In this document: piece by piece, positions 1 through 7,170 of the stretch
Position numbering within the stretch: position 1 is the stretch's first letter
How the letters are laid out: each line of letters opens with the position of its first letter
DNA from: a virus
IMG/VR virus record: IMGVR_UViG_3300045988_180880
Coordinates: 319,950 to 383,949 of that record
DNA length: 64,000 nt
Reading direction: 5' to 3' (one strand)
The notes under the pieces: model-generated
Databases searched by the model: none
What the model was told of the DNA's origin: nothing
What the model saw: the letters and a program-made list of their open reading frames with translations, nothing else
Made by a program: the position numbers and the translations under genes

Positions 1-3000
1 GAAGATCTAAAACTAGGAAAAGAAAAGGAATCTCTTATTGATAATCATAATCCAGAACTAGACCTAACGAGAATAGATCTTGAAGGGTTTAGAGATTTAT
101 CTTATAAAGAACAACTAGAGGTAGATTCTAAAAATGAATTAGATACTACTAGGATATCATTAAAGAAGACCACGGAAAATCCTGAATTATCTAATCACAA
201 GGAAAATCTTAAGAAAACTCCCGAAGAATTAGATAAATTAGGGAGTTATAAAGAGTCTTTGGGGAATGTAGAAGATAAACTAGAGGAGCTTAATGGTACT
301 AAGGTTAAGCTTAGAAATCCAGTAAGTGATATTGAACTCTCTAAAACCAAAGTATCTTTAGAGAGAACTGCAGAAGATAAGGAGTTAGAAACTTATAGGG
401 AAAATCTTAAGAAAACTCCCGAAGAATTAGATAAATTAGAGAATCACAAAGAATCTCTTAGGAGTGGGGAAGAATTAGAAAACCTACCTAAAGATAAAAT
501 AGCTCTTGAAGGTATTGCGGAAACATTAGAAGAACTAGGAAATACTAGAATAGACTTAGATGGTACTGAAGAATCTGAAATATTTACTTTAGAGGATTAT
601 AGAGAAAACCTAAGTGTAGAAGATAATAATTCTCTTGAAGATAAAAGGATAGACCTAGAAGATACAAAGGAGTCTGAACCTAAAGCGCTAGAGGATGAAA
701 GAATTGATCTAAATGGCACTAAAGAATCTGAGATATCTACTTTAGAGGATTATAGAGAAAACTTAAGTGTAGAAGATAATAATTCTCTTGAAGATACTAG
801 AATAGACCTAACAGGAACAAAAGAAGCTGAAGTATCCGAACTTGAAGATTATCTTGATGAATTAGATAATACAAAAGATTATGAAGCTTCTGAGTTAGAG
901 GATACTAGGATAGACTTAACTGGGACTAAAGAAGCAGAACCTGAATCTTTAGAAGACAAGAGAATAGACTTAGAGGATACTGAAGAATATGAATCGAGTT
1001 CTTTAGAGGATGAAAGGATAAATCTAGAAAGTACAGAGGAATTCGAACCTGGAAGTCTTGAAGATTTTATAGATAAACTTGAAGACTCTAGAGATACCGA
1101 ACTTGAAGATGAAATACTTGAACTTCCTGAAACTTCTGGAGATGAGTATGAAGGTTATAATCCATTAGGTCCAGATGAATTAGATAGTCTTGGTGGGAAT
1201 ATCAATAATTTCTATGATTCTCTTCTTGAAGTTCCTGAAACAGGTGATGCTCCTAGACAATCTGGGGATTATACTCCTCTTGGTCCAGAAGAATTAGATA
1301 GTCTTGGTGGAGATCTTGGAAATTTTTACGATTCTATTCTTGAAGTTCCAGAAGATACTGAACATATTATTGAAGAGCTAAATGATGATATTAAAGAAAA
1401 AATTCCTGAAGCACAAGTAGATGAAAGTCAAAAAGATTGGAAATATTTAAAGGAATTAACCGAAGATGATCTCTATAAAGAAACTATTCGTTTACTTAGT
1501 GAGAAAGAAGCTGGAGAGTGGGGTAAGAAAATGCAATCTTTAGTAAGTGCATATCTTAGTTCAGAAGCCATATCTCCTGATCGAGCAGAAGAATATATAA
1601 ATAAACTTGGAAAGGAGATCTTAATTCAACAAGAGTCTTCGAGAGTGGAAGGTCCTTCTATGAAATTACCAAAATTTGGATTAGAATCTCTTAACTTAAG
1701 TAATTATCTTAGGTGGACAGCTGAGAAAACTATTGGATGGACTGGAGTACATGGATCAGCGAGACAACTTCTTCTTAATGAAACAATAGCTGCACTTGTA
1801 GTAGCTAGAGATGAGTTAGAAAAATTATCTAAATCAAATCGATATAGATTACCTGGAAATGATAGAGGTTTATTAGGTGATTTAGTATCTGGAGGAGTTT
1901 CTGGTGCTCTTGATAACTTGGGAGATAAACTAGGTGATGCAGTTAATACAATAGTTGGGAGCAAATCTGTAGATATCTCTAATCCTATAAATAGACCAGA
2001 AAAAAATGAGCATAGAGATGGATGGGAAGAAGGAAATATACGACCATCAGGAAGTAATCCATTTCTACCAACACAAAGTCATTCAGAGTTTTCTCAAAAA
2101 GAAGGTAATCTATTATCCAAGATAACTAAAAGTAGTGGAAGTAGTGGGGATAGTAATAAATTCTGGAAAAAAGTAGGAAGTGCAGCAAAAGATATGCTTC
2201 TAGGCTCTAGCAGTGGAGAAACAACTTATAAATTTAAATCTAATTATGTATCTGGAAAAGGAATAAATATCACATTAGAGGAATTATGTGGAATTTCTGG
2301 CACAGATGATGCAAATACTGTAGAAGGATTGTATAATGTATTAAAATCTAGCCCATTTATTACTACTCCAGATAAATTTACCTCAACTGGATATTCAGAT
2401 TATAGAACTCAAACATTAGATACTAATGCATACTGGGAAGTTGTTTTAGAACCCTATGTAGGTCCTGAAAATGGAAATCTTAATTATCTTCCTGGAATTC
2501 ATGAAATCAATACTAGAAATATAGCTCAACACGGAGTAAATACTGCTTATAATAGATGGATTCCTTATGTTAGTTTTGATCTTCAAAAATCTAAATTAAC
2601 AAATAAAACACTCAATCTATATGATGGTGAAATCAGTTATCCTGTTTCAATGGAATTTACTAATGAATTTAGATTAACTATAGCTGACGATCAATATAAG
2701 TCTTGGAGACGATATTTTGAAGAATGTGCTAAAGCTGCAATTTATAATAGTGAAGGACATGATGAATCTTATTATAAAGAAGGCGGTACTGAAGGAGTTT
2801 TAGGATTAACTGCAATAGATACTAATAACGTATGTATTGCTATGTATAAAAATATATGCTTCAGATGTAGAATATACGTTATGACACCGCAATATAGTAC
2901 AATTCAAAAATTTGATTTACTTTTAGTAATGAAAGATTTTTCTGAAGAATATACAGGAGATATTGGAGATGGTGCAGGAGATCTTACAGTATCATTTAGT

Positions 3001-3141
3001 ATTGTAGGAGAGAATCCAAATGAAGGAGAAATTCCAAAAGTTAAAGTAATACAGCATAAAGCTCCTGATAATTCTTCAAAAACGGATTATGGTTCTATAG
3101 TAGAAAGTGGAGTAAATTCAGTAATGAAACTAATTAAATAA
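1..3141 (+). CDS. 5'-truncated large virion/tail-associated protein: acidic tandem-repeat N-terminal region plus C-terminal tail-tube-fold-like domain
   Basis: Frame 1 is open from base 1. The listed ORF 259..3141 merely starts at an internal TTG, so the true N-terminus lies outside the window. N-terminal part is E/D-rich repeats (LEDxRIDLxGTKExE). The C-terminal ~260 aa carries the same landmarks as the tube gene downstream (NAYWEVVLEP; EFRLTIADDQYKSWRRYF; GDLTVSFSIVGE). Lies directly upstream of the putative sheath. Confidence 0.6.
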   Translation, partial: EDLKLGKEKESLIDNHNPELDLTRIDLEGFRDLSYKEQLEVDSKNELDTTRISLKKTTENPELSNHKENLKKTPEELDKLGSYKESLGNVEDKLEELNGTKVKLRNPVSDIELSKTKVSLERTAEDKELETYRENLKKTPEELDKLENHKESLRSGEELENLPKDKIALEGIAETLEELGNTRIDLDGTEESEIFTLEDYRENLSVEDNNSLEDKRIDLEDTKESEPKALEDERIDLNGTKESEISTLEDYRENLSVEDNNSLEDTRIDLTGTKEAEVSELEDYLDELDNTKDYEASELEDTRIDLTGTKEAEPESLEDKRIDLEDTEEYESSSLEDERINLESTEEFEPGSLEDFIDKLEDSRDTELEDEILELPETSGDEYEGYNPLGPDELDSLGGNINNFYDSLLEVPETGDAPRQSGDYTPLGPEELDSLGGDLGNFYDSILEVPEDTEHIIEELNDDIKEKIPEAQVDESQKDWKYLKELTEDDLYKETIRLLSEKEAGEWGKKMQSLVSAYLSSEAISPDRAEEYINKLGKEILIQQESSRVEGPSMKLPKFGLESLNLSNYLRWTAEKTIGWTGVHGSARQLLLNETIAALVVARDELEKLSKSNRYRLPGNDRGLLGDLVSGGVSGALDNLGDKLGDAVNTIVGSKSVDISNPINRPEKNEHRDGWEEGNIRPSGSNPFLPTQSHSEFSQKEGNLLSKITKSSGSSGDSNKFWKKVGSAAKDMLLGSSSGETTYKFKSNYVSGKGINITLEELCGISGTDDANTVEGLYNVLKSSPFITTPDKFTSTGYSDYRTQTLDTNAYWEVVLEPYVGPENGNLNYLPGIHEINTRNIAQHGVNTAYNRWIPYVSFDLQKSKLTNKTLNLYDGEISYPVSMEFTNEFRLTIADDQYKSWRRYFEECAKAAIYNSEGHDESYYKEGGTEGVLGLTAIDTNNVCIAMYKNICFRCRIYVMTPQYSTIQKFDLLLVMKDFSEEYTGDIGDGAGDLTVSFSIVGENPNEGEIPKVKVIQHKAPDNSSKTDYGSIVESGVNSVMKLIK
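202..439 (+). repeat. exact 40-nt in-frame direct repeat
   Basis: gaaaatcttaagaaaactcccgaagaattagataaattag occurs at 202-241 and 400-439, encoding ENLKKTPEELDKL twice. Confidence 0.9.
541..1080 (+). repeat. in-frame degenerate tandem array of acidic 15-16 aa units
   Basis: Units of ~45-48 nt encode LED(x)RIDL(x)GT(K/E)E(S/A)E. A near-identical ~80-nt duplication lies inside the array (571-652 vs 724-804). Confidence 0.85.
1159..1353 (+). repeat. in-frame two-copy repeat
   Basis: Two ~80-nt copies encode (N/T)PLGP(D/E)ELDSLGG.(I/L).NFYDS(L/I)LEVPE. Confidence 0.85.
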
Positions 3142-3150
3142 AATAAGATT

Positions 3151-5505
3151 ATGTATTTAAGATTAGGAACAACTAATATAAAGTACTCCACTGAACAAGA
3201 TGATTTTACAGTATTTTCTGAAGTTGTAGATTCTAAGATGTCATATGAGAAACCAGTACTTGTGAGAACTCCTGATGAACTTGACATCTGGTTTGGATCA
3301 GATTTTCCAGGGAAAGATTATTACGATGAACTTTTAGAATCTGGAGTTACTTTATTTTTATATAGACCAATTAAGGTTGAACAAAATACTAATGCTCCTG
3401 ACTATATTGATCTAAAAGAATATTCTATAGATCAAAAATTATACTATAACTTAACAGAACTTCCAGAAGTCGGAGAAGATAAAGTTTTGTATAAAGTAGT
3501 AACAGGAGAAGGCGAATATAAAGAAGGAAATTTGTGGTATACTCTTTATATATATTATCTAGGAGAATATATGAAAATCCTAGAATTACCACAAAATCTT
3601 GACACTAATAATACGAGTTCTCTAGAAAATAGAGATGTATTAAATATAAATTATCCAGGTTTTATTGGACCTGAATATTGTTATCCGAAATATATAGAGG
3701 AAGGAGATGTTGATTATACTGAAAAAATTGATGAAGAAGTATTATTATCTCATCTTCCTGATCTGCTAAGAGTATCAAAAGGGTATGAAACTTTAGCTTA
3801 TTCCTTAGTATATAACCCTGAGATAGATTTTTACCCGGTAGACGAGGGATTAACTTCTAAATATATAATCCTGAAAAAACTTAAAAATGACTCTTATGAA
3901 AATATAATGATTTGGTTTAAAGAGGAAATTAATAGTATCCCTAATATTCCAAGTCAATATTATGATGAAGCAATTGAGGTTGAAATTAAAGCAAAAGAAA
4001 GTAATAAGGAAATTTTCAAGAGGTTAGTAGAAGTTATAATTCCAAGTCAATTAGGTTATACTATCGAAGGAAATATCTCGGAGGGTTACAAAATATACAC
4101 ATCATATTCTATTCAAGTTACCTATTTTACTAATATTACTGGTCTATTATTCGAACCAGATTTTAACACTACACACAATATACTATCAAAAATCTCGAGT
4201 GGAAGTACTAGAATGAGATTTATATCGAAAACAACTGGTACTGAAGGTGGAGATTCCGAATATTTAGATAGTGATATTAGTGTAAATATTGAGAAACTGA
4301 AGGGAGATGATAAATATAGAGTAACAATCGAGAGGTATAAATATCAAGAAATTTATGAAGGTGGTTTATTTACTATTGGACAGGAAAGGCTTGATACTAT
4401 AATTACTTCAGAGTCTAAGTTAGTTAGATGTATTCTTTCAACATCTTACGTAAATCGAGAGACAGATGAAGAGGTAGAGTATAAAAAAGGTTCTAAAGAA
4501 TCTGAATTACCCTCTGGAACATGGTATCTTAAACGAGCCTGGAAAGAAACGGCCGAAGATATAAATGGGGAATATTGGAAAGCGGCAGAGGCTATTTTTG
4601 GATCTGACAACGCTGGAATTATTGATTATTTCTTAGTCCCTGATATCTATAAATACTCGGCCGGAATGAAGACAGGCTCGGAGACTAGTTATTATCCAGA
4701 ATATGAGAGATTTTTAGGATATGCGAAGAGTTTAGGTTTTCAAGTATTATTCCAAAATTCTGATAATGGATGGACCTACGTAGAAACTCAAGAACTTCCA
4801 TCGGCCGAAGATATAACCTCAGGAACAATTTATATAGTATCACAACCTACTGGAGGAGTAAAATTCTATAAAGTAGAGAATGGAAACTTAATAGAAACAA
4901 CTGACCCTGAGGAAACTAATACGGCCGGAAATAACTACGTCTTTAATTATACCTCTGATGCTGATAATCGACTCTTATATTTTTATCGAGGGCAGACAAT
5001 TTTTGGGCAAGATAGACCTGGATATTACTTACATATTAGAGGGCTCTTACAAGATATTTACTCAATAACTAGCGATCAAATCTTATATCAAACACCTACA
5101 ACAGATCCTTACACCTTTGAATCACCAGAAGATAAACTTGAGGAATACAAAAGTAATTATCTAGTATTCAATAACCAGATATATTACTATAAAAAATATC
5201 AAAATGGACAAGACTTCAATACTTCAGGGTGGATGAGATTCTGTATAGGAAAAGTAGCGAGAGAATTGGAAAAGAATAAATGGAAAATTCTTAGTACTAA
5301 ATCAGCCGGAGATATAAGAGCTAGAATAGAACAGATCTTAAATAGGATATCAACTGGGTACTCATATATAGATTCATTAGTTATTACTGGATTTTACCTA
5401 GACTTACCAAATAATAGACTAGGACTTGAAGTGGAATCTAGAATGAGTGACTTAGTAGATAATGATATGACGATCGATATAACTTTAAATTACGATAAAA
5501 AATAA
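3151..5505 (+). CDS. putative contractile tail sheath protein
   Basis: 784-aa ORF immediately upstream of the tube gene, the canonical sheath-tube order. Size is in the sheath range. The C-terminal third has sheath-like blocks (NYLVFNNQIYYYKKY, WMRFCIGKVARELE). Called from synteny and weak motif recall only. Confidence 0.55.
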   Translation: MYLRLGTTNIKYSTEQDDFTVFSEVVDSKMSYEKPVLVRTPDELDIWFGSDFPGKDYYDELLESGVTLFLYRPIKVEQNTNAPDYIDLKEYSIDQKLYYNLTELPEVGEDKVLYKVVTGEGEYKEGNLWYTLYIYYLGEYMKILELPQNLDTNNTSSLENRDVLNINYPGFIGPEYCYPKYIEEGDVDYTEKIDEEVLLSHLPDLLRVSKGYETLAYSLVYNPEIDFYPVDEGLTSKYIILKKLKNDSYENIMIWFKEEINSIPNIPSQYYDEAIEVEIKAKESNKEIFKRLVEVIIPSQLGYTIEGNISEGYKIYTSYSIQVTYFTNITGLLFEPDFNTTHNILSKISSGSTRMRFISKTTGTEGGDSEYLDSDISVNIEKLKGDDKYRVTIERYKYQEIYEGGLFTIGQERLDTIITSESKLVRCILSTSYVNRETDEEVEYKKGSKESELPSGTWYLKRAWKETAEDINGEYWKAAEAIFGSDNAGIIDYFLVPDIYKYSAGMKTGSETSYYPEYERFLGYAKSLGFQVLFQNSDNGWTYVETQELPSAEDITSGTIYIVSQPTGGVKFYKVENGNLIETTDPEETNTAGNNYVFNYTSDADNRLLYFYRGQTIFGQDRPGYYLHIRGLLQDIYSITSDQILYQTPTTDPYTFESPEDKLEEYKSNYLVFNNQIYYYKKYQNGQDFNTSGWMRFCIGKVARELEKNKWKILSTKSAGDIRARIEQILNRISTGYSYIDSLVITGFYLDLPNNRLGLEVESRMSDLVDNDMTIDITLNYDKK

Positions 5506-5513
5506 TAAAAACT

Positions 5514-7016
5514 ATGGCAAGCGTAGCAAGTTTAGTCCGCGGAAGTGACGGATACATGAAATTTATTGACTATCAAAGTACATATAAAGATAATAATAAA
5601 GAATTCCTTCGTGGTGACATGTGGGAACTTCAATTCATTAATGTACCTAAGATAAATAATTGTCTTAGTAAAACTTTGTAAACTGCTGGAAGATCAAGTA
5701 AAGATAAATCAGCAAAAATAGATAAAAAATCTATTTCTCAACGACTATTAGCAAAGAAAAGAAATAGCCATAGATTTCTTTTATGATATAGTCTAAACAT
5801 AGAACAAATGTTTGAGTTTATTTCCCTGGTACTGATATTTTCAATGCTAGATTAAATGCCGTTCAGGTAGGTATTGATTATAGTGTATCAGGTTTTGAAA
5901 AGAGAATGCGTGGTAATTATACTATCATTCAGAAGACAGGTCAAAACACAGCTGGAACCCTGTCGTTGGCTTTTGTAGATAAGGAAGATCAGGCAATTAC
6001 TTACTGGTTTGATAATTTAAAAGTTGTCCATTAAGAGATTAAAAGTTCCTTAATGAATCTTTGTGAACTGCTGGAAATTTTAATCGCTCAAGAATGATAA
6101 AAACTAAGAGCGGAAAAATAATCAGCAGAAATAGATATGATTCTATTTTTCAACGACTAAGTACAAAGAAAGAGGATAAGCCATAGTTCCTCTTATGATA
6201 TAGTCTAGTATGATTTAAAACAAAAACCATAAGGACTATCGCCAGAAAATTGCAGATCGTGATACTAAATATTCTTTCAGAAAGGATGACTTAGTATGCG
6301 ACCTTAGATTAATCTTAACTAACTCAAGCCGTATCAAAGTTCGTACTCTTAATTTCTATAACTGTATTCTTCAGGATGCACCGATTGATGAAAATGGGCA
6401 GACTGAGGACGGAACCGATTAATAGCTTAGTCGCTTAAATAATAAAATTTAAGAAAATTATACTAAAATGCTGGAAAAATCTTGGTTATACCAAGTATAA
6501 ATCAGCAAAAACTATTAAAAATAGTTTCTCAACGACTAAATGTATAACTTAAGAAGTATTAATTCTTAAGATGATATAGTCTATAATATATTAATGTATA
6601 TTAACAAATGCGAGCAGATATCCAAGTCAGCTTTTTCAAATGAAGAAGCATAAAGTAATATAAACTTTATGAAAAATTCTATTAAAATGCTGGAATATCA
6701 AATAGATAATCAGCAAAAATTAGAAAAGATCTAATTTCTCAACGACTAAATATAGAACTAAGTTTGAAATATAATTTAGATGATATAGTCTATTCATTGA
6801 TAAAAATAATTAATGACTTTAAAGCAATTTGAACATTTTGGAAAATTTCATGGTGTTTTCTACAAGAATTGCTGGAAAATTTGTATCTTTGTATACAAAT
6901 AATCAGCATCCTAGATATTAACATAAATCTAGGTTCAACGACTATGTATGTAGACTGAGGAAATTCCTTAGGTGATATAGTCTGTCATGAGGTGAAATTC
7001 ATTGATTAACGTATGA
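5514..7016 (+). CDS. tail tube protein (T4 gp19-like), split by five group I introns
   Basis: join(5514..5653,5815..6016,6234..6419,6611..6634,6816..6836,~7005..7016). The spliced product is ~194 aa: ...RGDMWELQFINVPKI|VYFPGTD...AITYWFDN|DYRQKIADRD...GQTEDGTD|RADIQVSF|TLKQFEH|(INV). It is collinear with T4 gp19 landmarks as I recall them (PNLFQVEI; GFMNRKI..DDWTVTVMNDE..KFVDW; NEIQTFEVTLALDYWE). The six-frame track has no ORF at all in 5506-7086. The last exon is uncertain. Confidence 0.75.
5654..5814 (+). ncRNA. group I intron 1 (ORF-less, 161 nt, no P2)
   Basis: P1 is ctaagat/gtcttag (5647-5653/5662-5668) with a U5653-G5662 wobble at the 5' splice site. P3 ctttg/caaag (5674-5678/5752-5756). 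P4 tgctg/cagca (5684-5688/5710-5714). P7 gacta/tagtc (5743-5747/5789-5793). P9 aaacat/atgttt. Terminal G5814. The classical P/Q/R/S blocks are ctgctgg, aatcagca, tcaacgacta and gatatagtct. Confidence 0.85.
6017..6233 (+). ncRNA. group I intron 2 (ORF-less, 217 nt)
   Basis: P1 gataat/gttgtc (6011-6016/6023-6028; U6016-G6023 wobble). P2 cattaag/cttaatg (6029-6035/6049-6055). P3 ctttgt/acaaag (6059-6064/6163-6168). Core blocks: ctgctgg 6068-6074, aatcagca 6120-6127, tcaacgacta 6150-6159, gatatagtct 6197-6206. Extended P5 cgctc/gagcg. Terminal G6233 restores the frame. Confidence 0.8.
6420..6610 (+). ncRNA. group I intron 3 (ORF-less, 191 nt)
   Basis: P1 cgat|taa / ttagtcg (6416-6422/6427-6433; U6419-G6430 wobble; tetraloop tagc). 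P2 cttaaat/atttaag (6434-6440/6447-6453). P3 tatac/gtata (6459-6463/6542-6546). Core blocks: tgctgg 6469-6474, aatcagca 6500-6507, tcaacgacta 6529-6538, gatatagtct 6573-6582. Terminal G6610. Confidence 0.8.
6635..6815 (+). ncRNA. group I intron 4 (ORF-less, 181 nt)
   Basis: P1 gcttt|ttc / gaagaagc (6630-6637/6642-6649; U6634-G6645 wobble; loop aaat). P2 cataaag/ctttatg (6649-6655/6665-6671). P3 ttctat/atagaa (6677-6682/6752-6757). Core blocks: tgctgg 6688-6693, aatcagca 6708-6715, tcaacgacta 6739-6748, gatatagtct 6782-6791. Terminal G6815. Confidence 0.8.
6837..7004 (+). ncRNA. group I intron 5 (ORF-less, ~168 nt; 3' boundary uncertain)
   Basis: P1 gaacat/gtgttt (6831-6836/6853-6858; U6836-G6853 wobble). 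P3 tctaca/tgtaga (6859-6864/6949-6954). Core blocks: tgctgg 6870-6875, aatcagca 6901-6908, tcaacgacta 6935-6944, gatatagtct 6974-6983. P5 atttgtat/atacaaat and P6 cctagat/atctagg. Candidate terminal G at 6989, 6991, 6994, 7004 (used here) or 7011. Confidence 0.65.
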
Positions 7017-7170
7017 AAGAACTTTTGATAATATTTAAAAAAATAACTTAATAAACTAGAAGTATCTAATTTATTATTTCTTATGATTGCAAGGAAGGGT
7101 GGATCTGATCAATCTGCCCTTCTTCATAAGAAATATATTAGATATTTCCTTAAAAAAAATTGCAATCAAT

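Noticed and set aside
1704-1964. Antisense or overlapping ORFs listed inside larger genes: 1704..1964, 3087..3287, 17386..17691, 18531..18785, 19705..20022, 21331..21573, 23525..23839, 24335..24613, 27179..27367, 27890..28105, 31339..31635, 34961..35197, 42704..42934, 45126..45431, 45760..46173, 46306..46629, 46676..46861, 46870..47067, 48262..48471, 48927..49262, 49416..49607, 62981..63172.
   Set aside because: Each lies wholly or almost wholly within a much longer ORF that has coherent operon context. Their products are low-complexity (S/F/L/I-rich), as expected from the reverse complement of K/E/N-rich coding sequence. None has a promoter-like motif or RBS.
5654-7004. Five regularly spaced repeats of 8-10-nt blocks at ~180-220-nt periodicity first looked like a CRISPR-like or satellite array.
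   Set aside because: The repeated blocks are the group I intron P/Q/R/S core elements, which pair with each other (P4, P7). The segments between them fold into covarying helices, and the flanks are exons of one gene. There are no CRISPR-type direct repeats of 25-40 nt.2
7087-7170. Alternative upstream starts proposed by the track: TTG at 7087 (HEG), TTG at 9546, TTG at 50529, and the longer form 11607..11975.
   Set aside because: In each case a downstream ATG gives a better model. For 9546 and 11975 it avoids reading through a conserved hairpin or the preceding gene. For 50571 it has a proper Shine-Dalgarno sequence. For 9579 it starts at the point where paralog similarity begins.
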